32,000 nucleotides of DNA, from the NCBI RefSeq assembly GCF_000014785.1, contig NC_008340.1, positions 660,001 through 692,000 of the forward strand. Direction: 5' to 3'. A program made the position numbers and the translations under genes. Under the pieces are notes generated by a model. The model had not been told where the DNA came from and ran no database searches. It was given only the letters and a program-made list of their open reading frames with translations. Positions 10,333-19,163 of the stretch are shown here, piece by piece. The stretch comes from Alkalilimnicola ehrlichii MLHE-1. Its GTDB lineage: Bacteria > Pseudomonadota > Gammaproteobacteria > Nitrococcales > Halorhodospiraceae. Each line of letters starts with the position of its first letter. The first letter of the stretch is position 1.

Positions 10333-11757
10333 ATGGGTGCTGTCCGTCCCGACAACCCGCTGTTCCGCTACCGCGATGTGGTGGACGACTGGCCGGCCTT
10401 CGAGACGGCGGTGGCCAGTCCGCTGCCGGCGACCATCTGGGCCCACCCGGCGCGGATCACCCGCGAGGCCCTGCGCTCGCTGCTGGCTGAGGCGGGTATC
10501 GATGCCCGGCCGGTGGCCTGGCAGCCCTCGGCCCTGCGTCTGCCCGCCGGGCTGCGTCCGGGGGCGCATTGGGGGCAGGCCGCCGGGCTTTACCATGCGC
10601 AGGAGGAGGCCAGCATGGTGCCGGTGACGCTGCTGGATCCGCAGCCCGGTCACCGGGTGCTCGACCTGTGCGCCGCCCCCGGCAACAAGACCGCCCAGGC
10701 GGCACTGGCGCTGGGAAACCGTGGCACCGTGGTGGCTAACGATGTGGCCAAGGGGCGGCTGGCCGCCATCCGTCATCTGATCAAGCGGCTGGGGCTGATG
10801 AACGTCTCGGTCACCTGTCGGCCGGCACAGGACTATTCCCCCCACGCGGGCGGTTTCGACCGGGTCATCGCCGACGTGCCCTGTAGCTGCGAGGGCACGG
10901 TGCGCAAGTCCAGCCAGCCCTCCGCCCAGGCCCTGTGCGAGACCCGTGAGCGGCTTGTCGCGCGGCAGACGGCCATTCTCGACAAGGCGGTGCGGCTCTG
11001 CCGCCCGGGCGGGCGTATCGTCTACTCCACCTGCACCTTTGCCCCGGAGGAGAACGAACAGGTGGTGGATGCCCTGCTGCGCCGCTACCCGGACGAACTG
11101 CGCTTGCTGCCGGTGAGCCTGCCCGGGCTGTACTTGGCACCGGGGCTCACCGGGTGGCGGGGCCGGACCTTCCTGCCGGAGCTGGCCCAGGCGGTCCGGC
11201 TCTGGCCCCACCACAACAACACCGGGGGGTTTTTCATCGCCCTGCTGGAGCGGGTGGGCGGCGAGTGCCGCGAGGGGGCGCGGGCGGCAGAACGGCCGAC
11301 GGACGGTCACTGGCTGGAGGGTATTGTCCAGCGCTACGCCATTCCCGGGTCGGCCCTGGCCGGGTTGCGGCTGGTCCACCGTGGCCGCAAATACGCCCAG
11401 CTCATTGCCGCGGACCACGAGCCGCCGGCCCGGCCGGAGCGGGTGTTCTTCGGTCTGCCGACCGTCGGGGTGCAGATGAAGCCGCCCAAACTCACCACCG
11501 CCGGGGTGATGGCGCTGGGCGCTTACGCCCGGCGCAACGTGGTGGAACTGGACGAAAGCCAGGCGCAGGCCTATACCCGCCGCCAGGTGGTGACGCTGCA
11601 ACCGGGGCAGGGCATCGGGCTGGGGGAGAGCGGTTCGGTGGTGGTCCGGCGCCGGGGCTATGGGCTGGGCCTGGGCGTGGTCAGCCCGGCGGCGGAGGAT
11701 GGCAGCCGGCACCTGGCCAGCCTCTACCCGCGAAGCTGGGCCGCTGAGGTGCCCTGA
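10333..11757 (+). CDS. RsmB/RsmF (NOL1/NOP2/Sun) family RNA cytosine-C5 methyltransferase
   Basis: SAM-binding motif VLDLCAAPGNKT and the catalytic Cys motifs DVPCSCEGTVRK and YSTCTFAPEENE. The size is similar to RsmF. Confidence 0.85.
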   Translation: MGAVRPDNPLFRYRDVVDDWPAFETAVASPLPATIWAHPARITREALRSLLAEAGIDARPVAWQPSALRLPAGLRPGAHWGQAAGLYHAQEEASMVPVTLLDPQPGHRVLDLCAAPGNKTAQAALALGNRGTVVANDVAKGRLAAIRHLIKRLGLMNVSVTCRPAQDYSPHAGGFDRVIADVPCSCEGTVRKSSQPSAQALCETRERLVARQTAILDKAVRLCRPGGRIVYSTCTFAPEENEQVVDALLRRYPDELRLLPVSLPGLYLAPGLTGWRGRTFLPELAQAVRLWPHHNNTGGFFIALLERVGGECREGARAAERPTDGHWLEGIVQRYAIPGSALAGLRLVHRGRKYAQLIAADHEPPARPERVFFGLPTVGVQMKPPKLTTAGVMALGAYARRNVVELDESQAQAYTRRQVVTLQPGQGIGLGESGSVVVRRRGYGLGLGVVSPAAEDGSRHLASLYPRSWAAEVP

Positions 11758-11798
11758 GCCGGCGCCGTCCGTCCGACGGAGGGGACTCGGTGCGACGG

Positions 11799-12011
11799 TC
11801 AGTCACGCTGCCGGCGCCAGATCCGCAGGCGGGTGACGGCGTACCACGCGAACCCGCCCAGTACGAGGGCGTGGGGTAGGGCCGCCTCCCACTCGCTGGC
11901 CGGACCGTCGGCGCGCCACTGCAGGAACAGCCAGATCACCCCGGTGATGATGAGCACCAGGGCGCCGATGATGTGGTACAGCAGGGGCTTGGGTGTCGGT
12001 TTTGGTTCCAT
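11799..12011 (-). CDS. Small two-TM membrane protein, unknown function
   Basis: 70 aa with two clear hydrophobic segments (LLYHIIGALVLIITGVIWLFL, ALVLGGFAWYAV). No family was recognised. Confidence 0.4.
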   Translation of the reverse strand: MEPKPTPKPLLYHIIGALVLIITGVIWLFLQWRADGPASEWEAALPHALVLGGFAWYAVTRLRIWRRQRD

Positions 12012-12162
12012 GGGTCAGGGTCGGTGAGCGATCGGGGCGCCTGATTGTAACCGGCCGCCAGCTTTGATGCAGCGGTGCTGACCCTCCAGCGCCGGGTTGC
12101 GTCCGGCGTTTTTCCCGCAGAAAATACTCGGCTTTTCTCTCTCCGCCTGTTCGGGGGCCGCA

Positions 12163-13038
12163 ATGTTTGCAGAGTTATTTGCTGTCATGGCCCCCGTGCT
12201 GGCCGGGGCCGGTCTGGGGTTTGCCTGGGTGCGACTGGGCCACCCCTATCCGGTGGATTTCGTCACCCGGCTGGTCTTCAATATCGGCACGCCCGCACTG
12301 GTCCTGGCCGCGGTCTCCGGGGCGGACATCGACATCAGTGCCTTCGGCCGGACGATGCTGGCAACGGCCCTCGTGGTGCTGGCGATGGGCGCGGTCACCT
12401 TCCTGATGGCCCGTTTGCTGGGTCGCGACTGGCGGGTGTTGCTGGCGCCGATGATGTACCCCAATACCGGCAACATGGGCCTGCCGGTGGTCCTCTACGC
12501 CTTCGGCGGTACCGGCTTCGCCTTCGGGATCACGGTGATGATCACCGTCACCCTGTTCCAGTTCACCCTGGGGACGATGATGGCCAGCCGCGGGAATCCG
12601 TTGCGGGCACTGCTCCGGACCCCCACGGTCTACGCCATACTCATCGTGGTTGGGTTGCTGATCACCGACAGTGAGTTGCCCCGTTGGCTGGACAACACGG
12701 TGGACCTGATCTCCGGGTTCACCGTGCCGCTCATGCTGATCACCCTGGGGGTCTCTCTGGCCAGCATTCGGGTGACCGGCCTGATGTCGGGGGTGGGCTT
12801 CAGCCTGTTGAGAATCCCGGTGGCCGCCCTGCTGGCCTGGGGGGCCGGCCTTCTGGTGGGGCTCTCGCCCCTGGCCCACGCCATCCTGGTGCTGCAGATG
12901 AGTATGCCGGTGGCGGTATTCAACTACCTGTTTGCGGTGCGCGCGGGCCGGGAGCCGGAGTACGTGGCCAGCCTGGTGTTCGTCTCCACGTTGTTGTCGT
13001 TGCTCTACCTGCCGGTGCTGCTGGCGATCCTGATGTGA
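12163..13038 (+). CDS. AEC (auxin efflux carrier) family permease
   Basis: The start at 12163 gives MFAELFAVMAPVLAGAGLGF. It is polytopic, with the typical GNMGLPVVLYAFG and SMPVAVFNYLFA segments. Confidence 0.8.
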   Translation: MFAELFAVMAPVLAGAGLGFAWVRLGHPYPVDFVTRLVFNIGTPALVLAAVSGADIDISAFGRTMLATALVVLAMGAVTFLMARLLGRDWRVLLAPMMYPNTGNMGLPVVLYAFGGTGFAFGITVMITVTLFQFTLGTMMASRGNPLRALLRTPTVYAILIVVGLLITDSELPRWLDNTVDLISGFTVPLMLITLGVSLASIRVTGLMSGVGFSLLRIPVAALLAWGAGLLVGLSPLAHAILVLQMSMPVAVFNYLFAVRAGREPEYVASLVFVSTLLSLLYLPVLLAILM

Positions 13039-13048
13039 CCGCCGGGTG

Positions 13049-13720
13049 TCAGCGGTCTTCCACCGGCAGGCCGGCCGCCTTCCACTCCGGGTAACCGGCC
13101 TCCAGGCGCAGGGCCTTGACACCCCGCTCGCGCAACAGACGGACCGCGTCGTGGGAGAGCGCGCAGTAGGGGCCGCGGCAGTAGGCCACCACCTCCCGGC
13201 CCGGTGGCAGGTCGCGCAGGCGCTGCGCCAGCTCCGAGGCCGGGATATTGATGGCGCCGGGGAGGTGGCCGACGCGGTACTCCTCTTCCGGCCGCACGTC
13301 GAGCAGGGTCACCGACCCCTCCCGCAGCCGTTCCAGCAGGTCGGCGGTGGGGAGGGCCTCCAGCGCCTCGGTATCGTCGAAGTAGTCCTGGACCAGCCGC
13401 TGTACCTCGGAGAGGTTGTTTTCGGCGACGCAGCGCAGGCTGTTGACCAGGTTGACCACATCGTCGCCGGCCACCCGGTAGTGGATGTATTTGCCCTCAC
13501 GGCGGGTGCGGACCAGGCCGGCGCGGCGAAGGTGCTGCAGATGCTGCGAGACAGTGGCCAGATGCAGCCCGGTGAGTTGGGTGAGGGCCTCCACCGTGCG
13601 CTCGCCCTGGGCGACGTATTCCAGCAGTTCCAGCCGGTAGGCGTGGCCCAGGGCCTTGCCGACGGTGGCAATCTGGGCGAGGAGATCGCGCTTGCGGGTG
13701 GTCTCGGGGGTGTGGCTCAT
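13049..13720 (-). CDS. ArsR/SmtB-family HTH regulator fused to a C-terminal rhodanese domain
   Basis: The start at 13720 (MSHTPETT) overlaps the upstream stop by ATGA. The HTH is LGHAYRLELLEYVAQGERTVEALTQLTGLHLATVSQHLQHLRRAGLV. The rhodanese active-site loop is AYCRGPYC. There is no ELCVCDL metal site. Confidence 0.85.
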   Translation of the reverse strand: MSHTPETTRKRDLLAQIATVGKALGHAYRLELLEYVAQGERTVEALTQLTGLHLATVSQHLQHLRRAGLVRTRREGKYIHYRVAGDDVVNLVNSLRCVAENNLSEVQRLVQDYFDDTEALEALPTADLLERLREGSVTLLDVRPEEEYRVGHLPGAINIPASELAQRLRDLPPGREVVAYCRGPYCALSHDAVRLLRERGVKALRLEAGYPEWKAAGLPVEDR

Positions 13721-14874
13721 GATGGTTCCTGTGTGGTGGCGGCCCGGGCCTGGGGGACCGCCCGGGCGAGCCTTGCGATAACCTCGTCGATCTCCTGTTC
13801 CGTGGTCCAGCGGCCCAGGCTGAACCGGAGTGCGCCCATGCCCACCCGCTCCGGGACCCCCATGGCGGCCAGCACCGGTGAGAGCGTGACAGAGCCGGCG
13901 TGGCAGGCGGAGCCCGTGGAGGCGGCGACACCGTCGAGCCGGTCCAGGATGGCCGCGCCTACACAGTCGGCGAAGGCGACGTTCAGGGTGTTGGGCAGAC
14001 GGGCCTGAGGGTGACCGTTCAGGCAAAGGGTATCACCGAAATGGCCCTTCAGGCCCGTCCAGAGCCGGTCGCGCAGCGCCTGAACCCGAGCCATGGGGCT
14101 GAGGTCACGCGCCTTCTCGGCGGCGGTGCCCAGCCCCGTGGCGAGCAGCGCGCTCTCGGTACCGGCGCGGCGCCCCCCCTCGTGACCGGCGCCGTGGATC
14201 AGCGGCGTCAGGTCGATGCCGCGACGGACGTAGAGCGCGCCGATGCCCTTGGGGCCGTAGAACTTGTGGCCGGCGAGCGAGAGCAGATCCACGCCCATGG
14301 CCTGGACGTTGATGGGCACCTTGCCGGCCGATTGCGCCGCGTCCACGTGGAAGCGGACACCGTGGTCGCGGGCGATGCGGCCGATGGCCTCCACCGGCTG
14401 CAGGGTGCCCACCTCGTTGTTGGCGTGCATGACGCTGATCAGGCGGGTCTCGGGGGTGATGGCCGCCTGGACCGCGTCCGGGTTCACCTGCCCATATCGG
14501 TCCACGGGGAGTACGGTCAGGCTAGCACCGAGGGATTCAAGGAAACGGCAGGGGACCAGGGTGGCCGGGTGTTCCACTGCCGTGGTGATGATGTGAAATG
14601 GCCCCTCTGTGGCGTACCAGGTGCCCTTGATGGCGTGGTTGTTCGCCTCGCTGCCGCCGCTGGTGAAGACGATCTCGTCCGGCGCCGCCCCGATCAGCCG
14701 GGCCACCTGCCGGCGCGCCTGCTCCACCGCCTCACGGGCCGGACCGCCGGCCCAGTGACCGGCGGAGGGGTTGCCATAGGCCTCCTGCAGGTAGGGGGCC
14801 ATGGCCTTGGCTACCTCGGGGGCGATGGGCGTGCTGGCGTTGTAGTCCAGGTAGATCGGGGTTGGTGCGCTCAT
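13717..14874 (-). CDS. NifS/IscS-like cysteine desulfurase (class V aminotransferase)
   Basis: PLP-lysine motif SLAGHKFYGPKG and active-site cysteine loop STGSACHAG. The N-terminus IYLDYNASTP is typical. Confidence 0.9.
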   Translation of the reverse strand: MSAPTPIYLDYNASTPIAPEVAKAMAPYLQEAYGNPSAGHWAGGPAREAVEQARRQVARLIGAAPDEIVFTSGGSEANNHAIKGTWYATEGPFHIITTAVEHPATLVPCRFLESLGASLTVLPVDRYGQVNPDAVQAAITPETRLISVMHANNEVGTLQPVEAIGRIARDHGVRFHVDAAQSAGKVPINVQAMGVDLLSLAGHKFYGPKGIGALYVRRGIDLTPLIHGAGHEGGRRAGTESALLATGLGTAAEKARDLSPMARVQALRDRLWTGLKGHFGDTLCLNGHPQARLPNTLNVAFADCVGAAILDRLDGVAASTGSACHAGSVTLSPVLAAMGVPERVGMGALRFSLGRWTTEQEIDEVIARLARAVPQARAATTQEPS

Positions 14875-14886
14875 GGTGACTCTGAA

Positions 14887-15243
14887 TCAGAAAACAATGA
14901 CCTTGTCCGCGTCAGCGGTGATCTGCGCCAATTCGTCCATGGTGCTGCGGCGTGGCCCGTCCATGGTGTCGTCGTCGGACATGCCGCGGGCATCCATGCA
15001 GGTGCCGCACAGCAGGACACGGCCGCGATCGCCGGCAAGCACCCGACGCAGCATACGCTCGACATTGTAGAAGCCGTCCGGTGTCTTCTGGCCGGCGTTG
15101 GCACCCACCACGGCATCGGCCATCAGGAAGACGTCGACCCGGTTGTCGTCGGCCTTTTTGAGCAGCGCGTGGGCCAGACGCAGGCCGTTGAAGACGCGCT
15201 CAGTGCCATAAGGGGGATCGTTGATCAGGATGAGGTAGTGCAT
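14887..15243 (-). CDS. DsrE/YchN-family sulfur-relay protein
   Basis: The start at 15243 gives 118 aa: MHYLILINDPPYGTERVFNGLRLAHAL...FLMADAV...LCGTCMDARG...ADKVIVF. As I recall it, this is colinear with E. coli YchN. Confidence 0.85.
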   Translation of the reverse strand: MHYLILINDPPYGTERVFNGLRLAHALLKKADDNRVDVFLMADAVVGANAGQKTPDGFYNVERMLRRVLAGDRGRVLLCGTCMDARGMSDDDTMDGPRRSTMDELAQITADADKVIVF

Positions 15244-15300
15244 GTGCTGGCTCCGATTGTCAGGCTGGGTTTCGGGGTGAATCCTTGCTGTGGATGTGTT

Positions 15301-15315
15301 CAATATAACAATATA
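15301..15315. promoter_or_regulatory. Tandem CAATATA-a-CAATATA in an AT-rich patch of the divergent ychN-like / methyltransferase promoter region
   Basis: Seen directly. It is the only strongly AT-rich patch (GTTCAATATAACAATATACGTTC) in this 169-bp intergenic region. It is a candidate ArsR-family operator and/or -10 element. Confidence 0.25.
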
Positions 15316-15412
15316 CGTTCTGATTGACGGTAGAGGATTCCCCGGTTAAGGTCAAACACTGGAGGCCGTGCCCGCATCGGGTTGGGTCCGATGTCTGCCA
15401 GTGGGGGTGTCG

Positions 15413-16087
15413 ATGTCAGGGCGTCAGAGCCGGGATCATCCTGCGGGTTACGAGGCCTGGTACCACAGTCCGCGTGGCCGCTGGGTGGCGAAGCGGGAGT
15501 TCGATCTGCTCTTTCGGCTGCTGAGGCCGGCCCTGGGGAGCCGGGTTCTGGATGTCGGTTGCGGCACTGGCCACTTTACCCGGCGCTTTGCCCAGGCCGG
15601 CCTCGATCTGGTCGGGCTGGACCCGGACGGCGATGCCCTGCGCTACGCCCGCTCGCTGGATGATTCCGTGGCGTATGTCCGGGGTGATGCCCGAACCCTG
15701 CCATTCCCGGACGGGGCCTTCGCCAACTGCATCGCGATCACCAGCCTGTGCTTTGTCGAGTCCCCGGAGGTGGCGTTGGCCGAGATGGCGCGGGTGGCGC
15801 GTGAGGGGGTGGCCCTGGGGCTGCTCCACCGGCCGAGTCTGTTGCACTGGCAGAAGGCCGGGCGGGGGGGCTATCGCGGCGCGCGCTGGGATCGCGGGGT
15901 AGACCTGCGCCGCTGGTTCCAGGCACTGCCGGGCTGGCGGCTGACGGACCTCCGTTGGGGCCTCTTCTGTGCCCGCGGCCCGCGGGCACTGCGCGCCGGC
16001 ACGGAGCGCATGCTGCCGGATCGGCTGCCACTCGGGGCGTTCATGGCCGCGGTGGGGCGGCCGGTATCCGACGGAAAAGCCGAGTAA
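15413..16087 (+). CDS. Class I SAM-dependent methyltransferase (type 11-like)
   Basis: The start at 15413 gives MSGRQS. Motif I is VLDVGCGTGHFT, followed by the post-I segment LVGLDPD and FPDGAFANCIAITSLCFV. Confidence 0.8.
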   Translation: MSGRQSRDHPAGYEAWYHSPRGRWVAKREFDLLFRLLRPALGSRVLDVGCGTGHFTRRFAQAGLDLVGLDPDGDALRYARSLDDSVAYVRGDARTLPFPDGAFANCIAITSLCFVESPEVALAEMARVAREGVALGLLHRPSLLHWQKAGRGGYRGARWDRGVDLRRWFQALPGWRLTDLRWGLFCARGPRALRAGTERMLPDRLPLGAFMAAVGRPVSDGKAE

Positions 16088-16108
16088 TGAGACGCAACGG
16101 GAGAACCC

Positions 16109-17110
16109 ATGAACGCCTTTCAGATCCTGTCCAAGCTTACCGGTAAGCTGACTATCGCCATCCCCGCGATGATGGCGATGGGGTTCGTTTTCGGGGCCGT
16201 GGCGCCGAGCGACTGGCTGCAGGCGCTTATTCTGCCTCTCACCTTCCTGATGGTTTACCCGATGATGGTCAATCTGAAGGTGCGTTCGGTCCTGGAAGGG
16301 GTGGACGGTCGCGCCCAGGGCCTGGCGCTGCTGGTGAATTTTGGCGTCATTCCCTTCATCGCCTTTGCCATCGGGCTGCTGTTCCTGGCCGATCACCCCT
16401 ATTTCGCCCTGGGGCTGCTGCTGGCGGCGCTGCTGCCGACCAGCGGCATGACCATTGCCTGGACCGGCTTTGCCAAAGGCAACGTGCCCGCCGCCATCAA
16501 GATGACGGTGATTGGCCTGCTTGTGGGCTCGGTGGCGACGCCCTTTTACGTGCAATGGCTGATGGGCGCCGAGGTGCCGGTGGACCTGCTGACGGTCTTC
16601 CGCCAGATCGCCATTATCGTGCTGCTGCCACTGGTGGCCGGGCAGATCACCCAGCACTACCTGCGCCGTCGCTACGGCCAGGAGGGCTACCAGAGGCGGT
16701 GGGCCCCGCGTTTCCCGCCGCTCTCCTCCCTGGGGGTGCTGGGTATCGTCTTCGTGGCCATGGCCCTGAAGGCCGGGGACCTGATCGCCTCTCCCGGCGA
16801 CCTGCTGATTATCGCCGTGCCGGTGGTCCTGCTTTACCTGATCAACTACACCCTCAGCACCGGCATTGCCCGCGCCGTGTTGGGGCGGGGCGAGGGGATT
16901 GCGCTGGTCTACGGCACGGTGATGCGCAATCTCTCCATTGCCCTGGCATTGGCCATGAACGCCTTTGGCGAGGCAGGTGCCGATGCGGCGCTGGTGGTTG
17001 CGCTGGCCTTCATCATCCAGGTGCAGTCGGCGGCCTGGTACGTCAAACTGACGGACCGGGTGTTTGGTAGCGCACCGGAAACGGACGGGGTCGGCGAACA
17101 GGCGCGATGA
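16109..17110 (+). CDS. ACR3/BASS-superfamily permease (arsenic-resistance-protein-like), completely cysteine-free
   Basis: 333 aa, about 10 TM. PLTFLMVYPMMVNLK and LLPTSGMTIAWTGFAKGN correspond to the ACR3 segment that normally carries the conserved Cys. The translated protein contains no Cys at all. Confidence 0.7.
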   Translation: MNAFQILSKLTGKLTIAIPAMMAMGFVFGAVAPSDWLQALILPLTFLMVYPMMVNLKVRSVLEGVDGRAQGLALLVNFGVIPFIAFAIGLLFLADHPYFALGLLLAALLPTSGMTIAWTGFAKGNVPAAIKMTVIGLLVGSVATPFYVQWLMGAEVPVDLLTVFRQIAIIVLLPLVAGQITQHYLRRRYGQEGYQRRWAPRFPPLSSLGVLGIVFVAMALKAGDLIASPGDLLIIAVPVVLLYLINYTLSTGIARAVLGRGEGIALVYGTVMRNLSIALALAMNAFGEAGADAALVVALAFIIQVQSAAWYVKLTDRVFGSAPETDGVGEQAR

Positions 17111-17277
17111 ATGCGGGGCCCGCCTGGCCGAATCCTTCTGGAGGGGCTGTGGGTGATTGCCGTTGTCGATTGGGATCAAGGGCGGATTGGCGTACGATTC
17201 CCTGGTAGTGTCAGGGTAAACTTGTCAATCCAGAGTCCCGGGAACAACACCTGTTCCGGCTCTGAAGGAGAGCCAAT

Positions 17278-18756
17278 ATGTCCTCCGCTTCACGCGGCGA
17301 TGCCTCCGTGGCGGCCGGGCTGCCGGAGCGTGTCTCCTCCGGCGTGGCCGGCCTTGACCAGATCCTCGACGGCGGCCTGATCGCCCGTCGCGGTTACCTG
17401 CTTCGCGGTGGGCCGGGGCTGGGCAAGACCACGCTCGGCCTCAGTTTTCTCACCGCCGCCGGCGAGGGGGAGCGCACGCTCTTCATCGGCTTCCAGGAGC
17501 TGGAGGCGGAGCTCCGTGCCAACGCGGCCACCGTCGGTCTCGACACCCGCGGCATCGAGTTCCTGAGCCTGGCACCAACCGAGGAGTTCTTCGCCGGCTC
17601 CGAGACCTACGACGTCTTCGCGGCGTCCGATGTCGAGCAGGCACCGATGATCGACACCGTAGTGGAAGCGGTCGAACGGATCCAGCCGCACCGCGTGTTC
17701 ATCGACTCGCTGACACACCTGCGACTCGTGTCCGCCGACCGTTACCAGTTCCGCCAACAGGTCGTGTCGCTGCTGCGGTTTCTCGTCGAGCGTGGGGCCA
17801 CCGTGGTGTTCACCTCGGAGTCGTCCATGGAGAACCCGGATGACGATCTCCAGTTTCTCGCCGATGGCGTTATCAATCTGGAGGCGGGCCCATCCAGCCG
17901 CACGATTGAGGTCTCGAAACTGCGCGGCTCCGCGGCCCAGCGCGGCCGACACGAGTACCGCGTCGATAAGAGCGGCATTCATGTGTTCCCTCGCACCGTG
18001 CCGCCGACGCGACGTCTGACGGACGGGGCAGGTACGGTGCAGTTCCGCAGCGGCAATGCCGCCTTCGACGAAATGCTCCATGGTGGCCTCGAGAACGGCA
18101 CCATCACGCTGATTACGGGCCCTAGTGGGATCGGCAAATCGACGGTGGCGGCCATGATCGCGGCCGCGGCCGCTCACGACGGGCATCGCGCCAGCGTGTT
18201 CCAGTTCGAGGAGGAGTTGGACGGCTATCTCCGGCGCCTGCGCGCGCTCGATGTCGATGTCGACGGACCGCTGCAATCGAGGGGCCTGGTAGTGGAGCAG
18301 ATCGAGCCCTTGCGCTATCTCGCAGACGAGTTCATGGGTGATCTGCTGCAGCGTGTCGAGGACGAGGAAATCGACGTGGTCGTGATCGACAGCGTCACCG
18401 GCTTCGATATGGCGCTCAATCAGGACGAGGCCGTCCAGCGGCCGTTGCACACGCTCGCCAAGTCCCTGTCGCGCAGGGGTGTCACGGTGCTCCTGGTCAA
18501 CGAGAACCATTCTTTCGGCGAGGAGTTGCAGATATCGTCGCGCGAGATCAGTCATCTGGCGGACAACGTCATCTTTTTCCGTTACGTGCATGGTGGTGAT
18601 CGGCTCGAGAAACTCGTCGGCATCCTCAAGAAACGCATGTCCGATTTTGATCGCCAGCAGCGCCGGTTCGAGATCGCCCCGGGTGGCTTCCGCGTCGGGG
18701 AGCCGGCGAGCGTGGCGCCCGGCATGGCTACCCGGCGGGAGACCGAGTCGAAATGA
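17278..18756 (+). CDS. KaiC-like double RecA-domain ATPase (COG0467-type signal-transduction ATPase)
   Basis: Two halves, each starting G(L/F)D..L.GG. Walker A motifs are GGPGLGKTT and GPSGIGKST. Walker B motifs are RVFIDSLT and VVVIDSVT. The C-terminal KKRMSDFD...FEI segment resembles KaiC KMRGS..H. An SD AGGAGA lies upstream. Confidence 0.85.
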   Translation: MSSASRGDASVAAGLPERVSSGVAGLDQILDGGLIARRGYLLRGGPGLGKTTLGLSFLTAAGEGERTLFIGFQELEAELRANAATVGLDTRGIEFLSLAPTEEFFAGSETYDVFAASDVEQAPMIDTVVEAVERIQPHRVFIDSLTHLRLVSADRYQFRQQVVSLLRFLVERGATVVFTSESSMENPDDDLQFLADGVINLEAGPSSRTIEVSKLRGSAAQRGRHEYRVDKSGIHVFPRTVPPTRRLTDGAGTVQFRSGNAAFDEMLHGGLENGTITLITGPSGIGKSTVAAMIAAAAAHDGHRASVFQFEEELDGYLRRLRALDVDVDGPLQSRGLVVEQIEPLRYLADEFMGDLLQRVEDEEIDVVVIDSVTGFDMALNQDEAVQRPLHTLAKSLSRRGVTVLLVNENHSFGEELQISSREISHLADNVIFFRYVHGGDRLEKLVGILKKRMSDFDRQQRRFEIAPGGFRVGEPASVAPGMATRRETESK

Positions 18757-19163
18757 CGGCAGCGGGCAAACGAGGGGTCATCCTGATCGTGCGCCAGCCG
18801 GGCAATGCGCGGGTGCTCGCCGCGGCGGCCGAGGAAGCGGGCATGGCCGCGGCCCGTGCGCCCACGGCCGACGCGTTGCAGGCGCTCCTGAAGCAAAGGG
18901 ATGGGCACTGGGTCGCGTTGGTGGATCCGACCGGTTTCGGCCAGGCTGTCTGGCCGCTGTGCCAGCAACTGCAGGACTGCCGCGTCCCCTTCGTGGTGCT
19001 GTTCGCCAGCCAGGACCGTGACGCCGGCAACCGCTCGCTGCAGTACGGCGCGGCCAGCATCCTGCGCAAGCCCGTGGCCAAGGACGCCTTGCTGAAACTG
19101 TTGCAAAGCCTGCCTCCGGGGCCGGGGTCAACGAGGGAGGATACCCATGGCCGCGGAGTCTGA
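18753..19163 (+). CDS. Stand-alone receiver-like (pseudo-receiver) protein
   Basis: ATGA overlap with the kaiC-like stop. It has a CheY-like pattern, but the N-terminal acidic pair is replaced (LIVRQ). The D57-like ALVD and the K-P (LRKPV) are retained. Confidence 0.6.
   Translation: MTAAGKRGVILIVRQPGNARVLAAAAEEAGMAAARAPTADALQALLKQRDGHWVALVDPTGFGQAVWPLCQQLQDCRVPFVVLFASQDRDAGNRSLQYGAASILRKPVAKDALLKLLQSLPPGPGSTREDTHGRGV

Noticed and set aside
8913-11712. Long minus-strand ORFs (8913-10106 and 10150-11712) opposite the DUF3422 and RsmB/F genes.
   Set aside because: They have no domains and GC-driven composition. The plus-strand partners carry clear family motifs.
13049-14026. The 325-aa version of the ArsR-rhodanese ORF, starting at 14026.
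   Set aside because: The first 100 or so codons overlap the cysteine desulfurase 3' end in another frame and are Pro/Gly/Arg-rich. The ATG at 13720, with an ATGA overlap to the upstream stop, gives a normal ArsR N-terminus.
17241-17257. The inverted repeat GGAACA-acacc-TGTTCC upstream of the kaiC-like gene as an operator.
   Set aside because: It is a single short 6-bp-arm palindrome with no second copy and no known cognate regulator. It could equally be chance, so it is noted only.
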